A program made the translations under genes and the position numbers. Shown in pieces: positions 8,118-16,700 of a DNA stretch of 18,323 nt. Each line of letters opens with the position of its first letter. Positions within the stretch are counted from its first letter, which is position 1. The stretch comes from Planctomycetales bacterium (lineage in GTDB: Bacteria; 4484-113). The notes under the pieces are model-generated. The model had not been told where the DNA came from and did no database searches. It worked only from the letters and a program-made list of their open reading frames with translations. The stretch is from assembly GCA_037445915.1 (NCBI GenBank), contig JBBIJQ010000038.1, positions 1-18,323 of the forward strand, read 5' to 3'.

Positions 8118-9029
8118 ATGAACAAGCAACCAGTATTTGGGACCATCGTCACCGCCGCAGTTACGCCGTTTGACCAGCGCGGGAATATAGACTACATCGC
8201 CGCCAAGCGCCTGGTGCAGCACCTCGCGGAAAATGGCAGCGACGCCGTTGTCGTGGCCGGCACGACAGGCGAGGGCTCAGCGCTGAGCAACGAGGAGCGC
8301 GTGGAGCTGTTCACCTTCTGGAAGGAGAACGCGCCGGAGGGGATGAAGGTTATCGCCAACACTGGCACTAACGTAACATCCGAGTCGGTACGCCTCACCG
8401 AGGCTGCGACGAAGGTGGGCGTTGACGGCGTCATGGCGGTAATGCCCTACTACAACAAGCCCAACCACGACGGCCAGGTGCGCCATTTCCGCACCATCGC
8501 CAACGCTACGAACCTCCCCGTAATGCTCTACAACGTACCTTCGCGCACGGGCGGGGCGATGCTGCCTGAGGCAATTATAGAGCTTTCCGGCGTGACGAAC
8601 ATCGTCGCGCTGAAGGAAGCCAGCGGAAGCCTTGACTTTGTGAGCAGCGTCATCCGCAACGCGCAGGACAACTTCGTCGTGTATTCCGGCGACGACAGCC
8701 TCACGCTGCCAATCCTCGCTGTCGGCGGAGTGGGCGTGGTCAGCGTCGCATCGCACATCGTTGGCAAGGACATGGCAGAGATGGCGCGCGCGTATTTCGC
8801 AGGCGACATCGCCAAGGCGCGCGATATCCACGTCAAGCTCATGGGCGTGTTCAAGACGCTGTTCATCACGACGAGCCCGATCCCGGTAAAGACCGCGATG
8901 TCGCTCATGGGCATCATTGAAGAGCAGTTCCGGCTGCCGATGACGCCCGCCGATGAAAATGTGAAGAAGCAGCTCATAGGCATAATGAACGAGCACGGGT
9001 TGTTTCCAGGGCTTTCTGCACGCGGCTAA
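8118..9029 (+). CDS. dapA: 4-hydroxy-tetrahydrodipicolinate synthase
   Basis: VTPF, GTTGE, PYYNKP, LYNVPSRTG, Schiff-base Lys in LKEASG, YSGDD, GVVSVASH and PIPVK. Confidence 0.95.
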   Translation: MNKQPVFGTIVTAAVTPFDQRGNIDYIAAKRLVQHLAENGSDAVVVAGTTGEGSALSNEERVELFTFWKENAPEGMKVIANTGTNVTSESVRLTEAATKVGVDGVMAVMPYYNKPNHDGQVRHFRTIANATNLPVMLYNVPSRTGGAMLPEAIIELSGVTNIVALKEASGSLDFVSSVIRNAQDNFVVYSGDDSLTLPILAVGGVGVVSVASHIVGKDMAEMARAYFAGDIAKARDIHVKLMGVFKTLFITTSPIPVKTAMSLMGIIEEQFRLPMTPADENVKKQLIGIMNEHGLFPGLSARG

Positions 9030-9032
9030 TAT

Positions 9033-9602
9033 ATGCCTGCGCCCGACAAGCTTCTGGAGTGCCTCGCGGAGGAAATACGCGCATGCCGCTTGTGCGCTCT
9101 CGGCGAGCAGCGCAAGAAGGCGGTGCCGGGGGAAGGGAGTTCATGCGCGAAAGTGATGTTTGTAGGCGAAGCGCCGGGCTCGGACGAAGACGAGCAGGGG
9201 CGTCCGTTTGTGGGCCGCGCGGGGCAGCTCCTGCGCCAGCTCATTGACCGCATCGGCCTTGATAACGACGAGTTTTTCATCGGCAACACGCTGAAGTGCC
9301 GCCCGCCGGGCAACCGCGACCCCGAGTCGCTGGAGATTGAGGCGTGCAAGAAGTGGCTGTTCGCGCAGATTGCCGTCATCAAGCCCCTCGTCGTGGTCAT
9401 CCTCGGCAGGCATTCCATGGGCCTGCTGCTCGGCCCGAAGCTGCAAATAAGCAAAGTGCGCGGCCAGGTCTTTGAGCGAAACGGCCTGCACTTCCTCCCG
9501 ACATACCATCCCGCGGCGGTGCTGCGCAATCCAGGGCTGCGCAAGGACATCGTCGCCGACTTTGACAAGCTCGCGTTGCTCATCAAGGAGCTTGAGCAGT
9601 GA
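9033..9602 (+). CDS. Uracil-DNA glycosylase, family 4 ([4Fe-4S] type)
   Basis: CxxC (CRLCAL), VGEAPG, GRPFVGRAG, KCRPPGNRDP, a fourth Cys in EACKKW, and TYHPAA. Confidence 0.95.
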   Translation: MPAPDKLLECLAEEIRACRLCALGEQRKKAVPGEGSSCAKVMFVGEAPGSDEDEQGRPFVGRAGQLLRQLIDRIGLDNDEFFIGNTLKCRPPGNRDPESLEIEACKKWLFAQIAVIKPLVVVILGRHSMGLLLGPKLQISKVRGQVFERNGLHFLPTYHPAAVLRNPGLRKDIVADFDKLALLIKELEQ

Positions 9603-10324
9603 TTGACGCAATCCTTTTTGACATCGGAGGGACGCTCTGGGACGACTACGCATCCGAACGGGCGGGGTGGGAGGATATGCGCGAGGAGCTTGCGCGCGCA
9701 GGCATCGTGATGGGCGAAGAGGAGCTTGAGCAGCGGGTGAACGCCGGCATCGCCGCATACGCACCCAGCCTCACACGCTCAATAATCTGGGGCGCGGTGA
9801 AGGGCGACCGCGAAATCTACGACCGCGTGTTGAAGCATGTTATCGTGAGCATCAAGCGCCGCCTCGCCGACGACTTCTTTTCTTACAACACGCTGTTTCC
9901 CGGCGTCGCGGAGATGCTTGAGAGCCTGCACGGGCGCTACAAGCTCGCTATCGCATCAAACAACTTCATTGACGCGCGCGTGTGGCTGCGCAACTTCGGG
10001 CTGGACGGGTATTTCAGCTTCGTGGGCTTGTCGGAGGAAGTGTGGCTGTTCAAGCCCGACACGCGCTTTTACCAGCTCGTGCTGGACAGCATCGGGGCGA
10101 AGCCCGAAAGCACAGTGATGGTTGGCGACCGCCTGGACAATGACATCTTTCCCGCGAACCGCATGGGCATTGCGACCGTGCGCATCCTCTCCGAGCCCTT
10201 CCGCATCCAGCAACCCCGCTACCACGGCGACCTCCCCCGATTCACCCTTGACCGCATCGCCGACTTGCCGCGCGTGCTGGAGGAGTTGGAGAGCAGCGAG
10301 AATTCTGTACTTTCTGTTCGTTGA
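9599..10324 (+). CDS. HAD-superfamily hydrolase (subfamily IA-like)
   Basis: Motif I FDIGGTL, motif II IASN, motif III KPD and motif IV VGDRLDND. GTG start overlaps the udg stop (GTGA). Confidence 0.92.
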   Translation: MIDAILFDIGGTLWDDYASERAGWEDMREELARAGIVMGEEELEQRVNAGIAAYAPSLTRSIIWGAVKGDREIYDRVLKHVIVSIKRRLADDFFSYNTLFPGVAEMLESLHGRYKLAIASNNFIDARVWLRNFGLDGYFSFVGLSEEVWLFKPDTRFYQLVLDSIGAKPESTVMVGDRLDNDIFPANRMGIATVRILSEPFRIQQPRYHGDLPRFTLDRIADLPRVLEELESSENSVLSVR

Positions 10325-10334
10325 AGAGGGAGAA

Positions 10335-11468
10335 TCACTCCACAGTAATGACGACGAGGCGCGAATAGAGTGTATCCAGCATGCCGATTGCATTATCATT
10401 CAATGCGACTTGCTGAGAATGTGAGCTTAGAAATTGAGGCGGAAGTTTCGCTGCTTCCTTTTTGAGAAGGTTACGCATCCTGCCTTCAATAAGCTCATTT
10501 GCTTCGCGTTCTGGGCGCTTGGAGCCATCCGGCCGGTAATCAAGAGAGTGAACCTTGTTATACGACCACACTTTACCGCTTGAATTAATCACGTTAATCG
10601 GCTGGCCGCCGTACATAGCGAAGTTCTTGGTCAGCGTGCAGCGAACCAACTTCCCATCCCTTGCTGTGACGACCCGGGAAAGCGCAGAAGCAATTGAGTT
10701 ATATTCAGCAATGTGGCCAAACTTATGTTTGGTGAAGTCATAAGCGAAGAGCTTGCCATCTTGCGTGATTCCGCCATACGTAAACCTGCCGTTCAGATAT
10801 AGCTTCGCATTTGAGAAAATGCCTTCCGCACTACCGGCTACGGTAAGTTCCTTCTTTCCAACCCAAACCTTCATAAGACGGTTGCCGGAATCCCAACCAA
10901 AAACAACTAGCCCAACTTGATGGTCCCAAAGTGCGCTGCATGAATATTTGGTTTCTTTATCGTCCGATGGTTGAGTAATCTCACTATAGTTCGCAGGCGT
11001 AATATCGTTACGCTTTGTAAGTGCTGCGTCTAATAGGAATGCTGATTTGTTGAACTGCCGCCCGCCATTATTAACACCTGCGATATCCATATCCGTGTCA
11101 AGCAAGAAACCTTCGCCGGTGAGGAATTCAGGGATTACTCGTTTGGCGGAGCTGTTCAGGACAGTTAGCGAAGCTGCGTGGGCTTCAAGCTTAACCTCTA
11201 TAATGCTATACAGCGCTTCTCTAGGAGCCTCCAAGTTGTTGCACAATATTATAAACTCGCCGGGTGAACTTGCAGGCTTTACCGTAACCATCTCAAGCTT
11301 CGTATCCAATGTTATCGGCGTGAAAACAAGGGTGCTCTCTCCGATGGTCGTCTGAGCTGCATGAGTATCTTTCGGATCGCCGGCATCGCCTACTTTTTGA
11401 TTACATCCTGTAAGAACCAATGCTACAGCAAGCGCCACCAAGCCAATAGCTATAACAATGTGTCTCAT
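10335..11468 (-). CDS. Hypothetical lipoprotein, 377 aa
   Basis: Basic N-terminus, hydrophobic stretch and lipobox LTGC. The ATG overlaps the pfkA stop (TAATG). No family recognised. Confidence 0.8.
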   Translation of the reverse strand: MRHIVIAIGLVALAVALVLTGCNQKVGDAGDPKDTHAAQTTIGESTLVFTPITLDTKLEMVTVKPASSPGEFIILCNNLEAPREALYSIIEVKLEAHAASLTVLNSSAKRVIPEFLTGEGFLLDTDMDIAGVNNGGRQFNKSAFLLDAALTKRNDITPANYSEITQPSDDKETKYSCSALWDHQVGLVVFGWDSGNRLMKVWVGKKELTVAGSAEGIFSNAKLYLNGRFTYGGITQDGKLFAYDFTKHKFGHIAEYNSIASALSRVVTARDGKLVRCTLTKNFAMYGGQPINVINSSGKVWSYNKVHSLDYRPDGSKRPEREANELIEGRMRNLLKKEAAKLPPQFLSSHSQQVALNDNAIGMLDTLYSRLVVITVE

Positions 11469-12490
11469 TACTTCAAGAAATCCGCGTCGCGGACGAGGTC
11501 GGGGGGGACGAGGCGCGTGGTGCCGATGGCTTCGGCAAGCGGGACGCTGGTCACCACCATGCCTTGTATCGCCACCATGCGGTCAAATTCACCGGCTTCG
11601 CACATCTCCACCGCCTTCACGCCGAAGCGCGAGGCGAGGATGCGGTCAAAGGCGCTGGCGCTGCCGCCGCGCTGGAGGTGGCCGAGGATGACGGTGCGCG
11701 TCTCAAAGCCGCTGCGCTTTTGGATTTCGCCGGCGACCCATTCGCCTACGCCGCCCAGGCGCTTGTGGCCGAAAGCGTCAATCTCGGCTGACTGCGTGAC
11801 CTGCATCCCTTCAATGGGCGCGGCGCCCTCGGCGACCGCCACGATGGACGAGCGCTTGCCGATTGAATGGCGCTTGCGGATTATCTCCACGACGCGGTCA
11901 ATATCAAACTTCGTTTCAGGCGTGAGTATCGCATCAGCGCCGCCGGATATGCCACCGAAGAGAGCCAGCCAGCCCGCGTCGCGCCCCATTATCTCCACGA
12001 CCAGCACTCTGTGGTGCGACTCCGCAGTCGTGTGTAGGCGGTCAATCGCGCCCATAACGATGTTCACCGCCGAGTCGAAGCCGAGGCTGTAGTCAGTGCC
12101 TGGGATGTCGTTGTCAATCGTCTGCGGGATGCCCACGGCCTTGATGCCGTGCTGAGCGAGGCGGTGCGCAACGCCGTTAGTGTCGTCGCCGCCGATGGTG
12201 ATGAGCGCGTCAATGCGCCAGTCTTTGAGCGAGGCCGCGCATTTCTCAACCCCGCCGTCTATCTTGAACGGGTTGGTGCGGGAAGTGCCGAGCATTGTGC
12301 CGCCGATGAAGAGGATGCGCGAGACGTCGTTATGGGAAAGCTCGCGCGCTCGGCCTTCCATGACGCCGAGCCAGCCGTCCTCAAAGCCGACGGTCACGTG
12401 CCCACCGTAGATGCCGCGCCGGACGACTGCGCGTATCGCCGCGTTGCAGCCCGGGGAATCTCCGCCGCCGGTCAAAATGCCAATCCTCAT
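11468..12490 (-). CDS. pfkA: 6-phosphofructokinase, PfkA family (group III-like; ATP versus PPi donor uncertain)
   Basis: ILTGGGD, GGTMLGTSR, IGGDD, PQTIDND, TTAESHHR, VEIMGR, AEGA and LGHLQRGG. SD GGGAGG at 12497-12502 (minus strand). Confidence 0.95.
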   Translation of the reverse strand: MRIGILTGGGDSPGCNAAIRAVVRRGIYGGHVTVGFEDGWLGVMEGRARELSHNDVSRILFIGGTMLGTSRTNPFKIDGGVEKCAASLKDWRIDALITIGGDDTNGVAHRLAQHGIKAVGIPQTIDNDIPGTDYSLGFDSAVNIVMGAIDRLHTTAESHHRVLVVEIMGRDAGWLALFGGISGGADAILTPETKFDIDRVVEIIRKRHSIGKRSSIVAVAEGAAPIEGMQVTQSAEIDAFGHKRLGGVGEWVAGEIQKRSGFETRTVILGHLQRGGSASAFDRILASRFGVKAVEMCEAGEFDRMVAIQGMVVTSVPLAEAIGTTRLVPPDLVRDADFLK

Positions 12491-12510
12491 ATCATGCCTC
12501 CCGCTTGGGA

Positions 12511-12519
12511 ATTCTACCA
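12511..12519 (-). promoter_or_regulatory. Putative extended -10 promoter (TGgTAGAAT) for pfkA and the lipoprotein gene
   Basis: Reverse complement of ATTCTACCA, 20 nt upstream of the pfkA ATG. A second minus-strand TATAAT lies at 12526-12531. Confidence 0.55.
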
Positions 12520-12600
12520 GCGCTGATTATAGGCTGGGAGACTGCATAGCGCAATTCGGCTAATGAGACAGCTGTTACACCAAACCACGCTCTGCCACGG

Positions 12601-12606
12601 TATAAT
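12601..12606 (+). promoter_or_regulatory. Perfect -10 hexamer (TATAAT) 6 nt before the cytochrome ATG; probable leaderless promoter
   Basis: Sequence reads cggTATAATtagtttATG, with no SD upstream of the ATG. Confidence 0.55.
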
Positions 12607-12612
12607 TAGTTT

Positions 12613-13068
12613 ATGTTGAGAAAGGTGAATCTTGCCTTGTTACTCGCAGCGGCGGCGTTGCTGCTAGCGATTCCTATGTCCTGCAATAAAACGCCTGCTA
12701 GCGGCGATAAGCAGGTTTCTGTAGGCGGCGAGTTTGATCTGAATAACCCCCCGCCGCCGCCTGAAGTCAGTCCTATCGGCGAAGATATCGTCAGCGGTGA
12801 TGCGGAAACGATTTGGAAAGCGCGCTGCGGGTTGTGCCACGACAATACGCGCGGGCTGGACAAGTATAAGGGCGAGGCCTGGGAACCAATTATCCAGCGG
12901 ATGATAAAGAAGCCTGGGTCAATGATGAACGCGGCGATAGCGGGCATTATCTACGTTTACCTCTACGAGAAGACTACAGGCAAGTATCATCCCGACCGCG
13001 AGAGGTTGCTCAGCCCGCCGGTGAACACGGCAGGCACGCAGGATTACGTCGGCGGGCGAACTGAATAG
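12613..13068 (+). CDS. Putative monoheme c-type cytochrome lipoprotein
   Basis: Signal peptide with a lipobox-like PMSC, a hexaproline linker, a single CxxCH (CGLCH, 12826-12840) and WxxxIxRM with a candidate axial Met. Confidence 0.75.
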   Translation: MLRKVNLALLLAAAALLLAIPMSCNKTPASGDKQVSVGGEFDLNNPPPPPEVSPIGEDIVSGDAETIWKARCGLCHDNTRGLDKYKGEAWEPIIQRMIKKPGSMMNAAIAGIIYVYLYEKTTGKYHPDRERLLSPPVNTAGTQDYVGGRTE

Positions 13069-13126
13069 CCGGCAGTAGTCAACGCTTCTGCGGCGTTAGA
13101 CGCGGAGCATCCAGCACGAAAACCTG

Positions 13127-15610
13127 TTAGACCTCATTTGAAAGGCTTGAGTCCGGCGTTTCATCTTTAAAGTCAGCCACGTGCAGGCGCGCGGGGTCAA
13201 ACTCTACAGTCAGCCTTCCGTCATCCTCAATCGTGAAGACTTGAAGCGGCTCATGCGGGTGAAGCTTCCCTTCTAGCACCAGCTCGGAAAGCGGGTCTTC
13301 AACCATTTTGCTGATGGTGCGCTTGATGTTGCGCGCGCCATAGGACGCGCTGAAACCGTCCTCAACTATCCTATTCGCGATGGCATCGGAGAATGCGGCG
13401 TTGTAGCCGCCGTCGGCGAGCCGCCTGGCGAGATGCGCAAGTTCAAGCTTGGCAATAGCCCGCGCTTCGGCGCGGCCCAGCGGGTTAAAGTGGATAATCT
13501 CATCCACGCGGTTGAGGAACTCCGGCTTGAACCCTTTGCGCAAGTATTCGTCCGCGCGAATCTTGTAGCCCTCATGCCGCCGGTTAATTTCCTCATCAGT
13601 TTCAGAACTAACGTGCTTGAATCCTATCTGGCCCGTTATGTCAAAGAAGCGCCCGCCGAGATTTGTGGTGAAAATGATAATGCAGTTGTGGAAATAAACT
13701 TTGCGCCCCTGGCCGTCGGTCAGCACGCCTTCGTCTAAAAGCTGCAACAGTGTATGGAATACGTCGGGGTGCGCCTTCTCCATCTCGTCAAAGAGGACGA
13801 GGGAGTAGGGGTGCTTCTTAACCAACTCAGTAAGCTGCCCGCCTTCGTCGTAGCCGACATACCCCGGCGGCGCGCCTAGCAGCCTGCTTACCGTGAACTT
13901 CTCGCTATATTCGGAGAGGTCAATCTTGATGAATGCGTCAGGGTGCGCGAAGACTTCCCGCGCTATGACGCGCGCCAGCTCCGTCTTGCCCACGCCGGTG
14001 GGGCCGAGAAAGATAAAGCTGCCGATGGGGCGGCTTCCCTGGCGCACGCCGCTGAATGAGCGCTTGAGAGCGCGCACGACGGTCTCCACCGCCGGGTCCT
14101 GGCCGACAATGTACTTGCGCAGCTCGCTATCCAGCGTAAGCAGCCGTTCCTGATCGTCCATCGTGATATTTTTAGTCGGGATACCGGTCCACATCTCAAC
14201 GACTTTCGCAATGTGCGCATCGTTGACGATGTTATCACTCACGGCAACTTCCGCGTTCCTTCCCAGAAGCTTGCGGCTGTTGGCAATACCTTCGCGCAGG
14301 CCTTCATTGGTCAACAGCGCTGAGGCTGCAGCGTCTTCAGGACTGGTTCCGTCTAGCGCGGCATCAGCGGCGCGCTTGCGGAAGGCCTCAAGCTCCAGGT
14401 TGACCCACGCAGCGGCTTCGTCCATAACGTCAATGGCCTTGTCGGGCAGCTTGCGGTCAGGGATGAAGCGCTGCGAAAGGTATATCGCCTGCTTGAGAGC
14501 CCCGTCAGTTATGCTTACGGAGTGGTGCCGCTCGTATTCAGGCCGCAGGCCACGCAGGATATCCCAAGTCTCGTCGGCATTCGGCTCATCAACAACCACC
14601 GGTTGGAAGCGGCGGGATAGGGCGCCGTCTTTCTCAAAGTACTTGCGGTATTCTTTGAACGTCGTAGAGCCGATGCAGCGCAACTCGCCCCGGGCCAGCG
14701 CAGGCTTGAGGATATTGCTGGCGTCAAGGCTACCCTCGGCGCTGCCCGCTCCCATTATCGTATGCAGCTCGTCAATGAAGATGATGATATTGCCTTTGGC
14801 GTCCTGCACTTCTTTGATAAGCGCTTTCAGCCGTTCCTCAAACTCTCCCCGGAACTTAGTGCCCGCGACTATTGCGGCAAGGTCAATCGCCAGAAGCTGG
14901 CGATCAGCCAGGGCGGGAGGCACTTGCCCCTCTACGATGCGGCGCGCCAGCCCTTCCACGATGGCAGTCTTGCCTACGCCAGGCTCGCCGACTAGGATGG
15001 GGTTGTTCTTGGTGCGCTTGCTGAGGATGTGCATCAGGCGCGTAATTTCGCGGCCTCGCCCAATTACCGGGTCAAGCTTGCCCTCGCGCGCCAGCTGGGT
15101 TAAGTCGCGGGAAAACTTCGCGGCGATGCTGGGGGCGCGGTCTCCGCGCCTGCCAGAGGGGCGTGCTGAGTCCGCGCGCAGGAAATTGAGGAAAGTCTCT
15201 CGTAGGTTCTCTTCGCTTAGATTGCTTTCGGCGAATAGCTCGCGCAGAAATTCGCTTGTGTCCATAGCCATAGCGATCAGGACGTGCGATGTGCCGATTT
15301 CGCGGTGGCGCAAGCGCTTCACTTCTTGGTTCGCAGCTTCAAGCAGCGCGAGCGTGCGGCGCGAGAAGCTGGGCTGGTCCTTATAGTTGCCCTGATGTTC
15401 GTAAAGGAAATTCTCCAGCGAATAAGCAAGTTTCGGTCGGTTGACCTGGAGCTGGCTCATCACTTGCAGCGCGCTGCATTGCTGGAGCGAGAGCATTGCG
15501 TAGAGGATATGCTCTGGCTCAATATATTGGTTTTTGAATTCGGTGCAGACTTCGGTGCTCTTGGAGAGCAGCTTCCGAGCCGAAAACGAGAAGAAGTCTA
15601 GTATGTTCAT
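13127..15610 (-). CDS. clpC: ATP-dependent Clp protease ATP-binding subunit, ClpC-like (start could instead be the TTG at 15640)
   Basis: Two Clp-N repeats (EPEHIL; GTSHVL), LDPVIGR, Walker A GEPGVGKT, Walker B FIDELH, LPDKAID, second Walker [26 protein letters not shown], an IGF loop, PEFLNRVD and GARNIKR. Confidence 0.9.
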   Translation of the reverse strand: MNILDFFSFSARKLLSKSTEVCTEFKNQYIEPEHILYAMLSLQQCSALQVMSQLQVNRPKLAYSLENFLYEHQGNYKDQPSFSRRTLALLEAANQEVKRLRHREIGTSHVLIAMAMDTSEFLRELFAESNLSEENLRETFLNFLRADSARPSGRRGDRAPSIAAKFSRDLTQLAREGKLDPVIGRGREITRLMHILSKRTKNNPILVGEPGVGKTAIVEGLARRIVEGQVPPALADRQLLAIDLAAIVAGTKFRGEFEERLKALIKEVQDAKGNIIIFIDELHTIMGAGSAEGSLDASNILKPALARGELRCIGSTTFKEYRKYFEKDGALSRRFQPVVVDEPNADETWDILRGLRPEYERHHSVSITDGALKQAIYLSQRFIPDRKLPDKAIDVMDEAAAWVNLELEAFRKRAADAALDGTSPEDAAASALLTNEGLREGIANSRKLLGRNAEVAVSDNIVNDAHIAKVVEMWTGIPTKNITMDDQERLLTLDSELRKYIVGQDPAVETVVRALKRSFSGVRQGSRPIGSFIFLGPTGVGKTELARVIAREVFAHPDAFIKIDLSEYSEKFTVSRLLGAPPGYVGYDEGGQLTELVKKHPYSLVLFDEMEKAHPDVFHTLLQLLDEGVLTDGQGRKVYFHNCIIIFTTNLGGRFFDITGQIGFKHVSSETDEEINRRHEGYKIRADEYLRKGFKPEFLNRVDEIIHFNPLGRAEARAIAKLELAHLARRLADGGYNAAFSDAIANRIVEDGFSASYGARNIKRTISKMVEDPLSELVLEGKLHPHEPLQVFTIEDDGRLTVEFDPARLHVADFKDETPDSSLSNEV

Positions 15611-15684
15611 AATTCCAGGATGCCGGTGAGGGCTTTCCAATGCCTAATACCCCCGCAACCTGCGCACTATCGCATCCACCGTGA

Positions 15685-15693
15685 ATTATACCA
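15685..15693 (-). promoter_or_regulatory. Putative extended -10 promoter (TGgTATAAT) for clpC
   Basis: Perfect TGn-TATAAT on the minus strand, between the ilvE terminator and the clpC start. Confidence 0.65.
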
Positions 15694-15701
15694 TTGGGAC
15701 T

Positions 15702-15733
15702 AAGCGAAAGGGCGGCCATGCGATGACCGCCCT
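15702..15733 (-). terminator. Probable intrinsic terminator downstream of ilvE
   Basis: Minus-strand RNA AGGGCGGUCAU-CGC-AUGGCCGCCCU forms an 11-bp stem with one G-U pair, followed by an imperfect U tract (UUCGCUU). The wobble pairs only in the minus orientation. Confidence 0.65.
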
Positions 15734-15760
15734 GTTATATTCCGCAAATCTACGTTGCGC

Positions 15761-16648
15761 TTAGCGTGGGATCTTTGTGCCGTGCTTCTTGACGTAAGCG
15801 CCGAACTTGGACTTGAGATCCTTAAAGACAGGGCCGGGAGCGCCAGTGCCAATCTTGCGGGAGTCCACTTCAATGACAGGTATCAACTCGGCGGCAGTGC
15901 CGGTGAACCAGCACTCCTCAGCCTCGTATAGGTCGTAGCTGGTGAAGCGCTTCTCCTCAACGGTATAGCCGTTGCTGCTGGCGATTTCCATCACCGAGTT
16001 GCGGGTGATGCCTTCCAGCGCGCCGAGGTATGCCGGCGGAGTGATTAAGCGCTTGCCGCGCGAAATGAAAATGTTGTCGGCGCTGCCTTCGGTGATGAAG
16101 CCGTCCAGGCTAAGCATGATCGCCTCAACGAAGCCAGAAGTGCTCGCTTCAATCAGCGCCATGATGTTGTTCAAGTATTGCGTCGCCTTCACCTGCGGGT
16201 TCAGGCACTGCGGGCTGTGCTTGCGCGTAGAGCAAATCATCGTGACAATGCCGTTCTCATACATCTCAGGCGGGTAAAGGGCTATCTGGTCGGCGATGAT
16301 AATGATAGTCGCGCCCTGGGTGCACTTCTTGGGGTTAATGCCTAGGTCGCCCACGCCCCGCGTGACGACAGGGCGGAGGTAAGCGCCGTCGTAAAGGTTG
16401 TTAACTTTCAGGGTCTCCAAGACGGCATCGTGGAATTTCTCAATCGGAATGCCGATGTCAATGCGGAGGAAGTGCGCGCTGCGGTAAAGGCGCTCCATGT
16501 GCTCGTCCAGCTTGAATACTTCGTCACCGTAGGCACGGATACCTTCAAACACACCGTCGCCGTAAAGCAGGCCGTGGTCAAAGACGGAAACAGTAGCCTC
16601 GCTCTTGGGTACAAACTTGCCGTTGATGTAAACCAAGCGTTCGCTCAT
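15761..16648 (-). CDS. ilvE: Branched-chain amino acid aminotransferase (PLP fold IV)
   Basis: VSVFDHGLLYGDGVFEGIRAY, YLRPVVTRG, PLP Lys in QVKATQY, EGSADNIF, LEGITR and GTAAE. SD AGAGGAG upstream. Confidence 0.93.
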   Translation of the reverse strand: MSERLVYINGKFVPKSEATVSVFDHGLLYGDGVFEGIRAYGDEVFKLDEHMERLYRSAHFLRIDIGIPIEKFHDAVLETLKVNNLYDGAYLRPVVTRGVGDLGINPKKCTQGATIIIIADQIALYPPEMYENGIVTMICSTRKHSPQCLNPQVKATQYLNNIMALIEASTSGFVEAIMLSLDGFITEGSADNIFISRGKRLITPPAYLGALEGITRNSVMEIASSNGYTVEEKRFTSYDLYEAEECWFTGTAAELIPVIEVDSRKIGTGAPGPVFKDLKSKFGAYVKKHGTKIPR

Positions 16649-16700
16649 AGCGGAACTCCTCTGAATGGTGGTATTGGCCGCGCCGTCCAGCGCAACCGCC

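Noticed and set aside
9599..9640. HAD motif I reading DIGGT instead of DxDGT, as a sign of inactivation
   Set aside because: DxGG variants are common in HAD subfamily IA, and the nucleophile Asp and the other motifs are intact.
3110..12092. Other long antisense or alternate-frame ORFs (3110-3913, 6417-7112, 8277-8996, 9141-9764, 11361-12092)
   Set aside because: All overlap confidently identified genes and lack motifs or translation signals.
13078..13101. Imperfect hairpin between the cytochrome gene and the clpC 3' end
   Set aside because: Bulged short stem with no U tract on either strand; it cannot be supported as a terminator.
14163..15386. 407-aa + strand ORF antisense to clpC
   Set aside because: Ser/Arg/Ala-rich mirror of the conserved Clp reading frame, as expected for a shadow ORF in a GC-rich gene; no domain motifs.
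15611..15760. CIRCE or CtsR heat-shock operator upstream of clpC
   Set aside because: Neither TTAGCACTC-N9-GAGTGCTAA nor a tandem GTCAAA heptad repeat is present.
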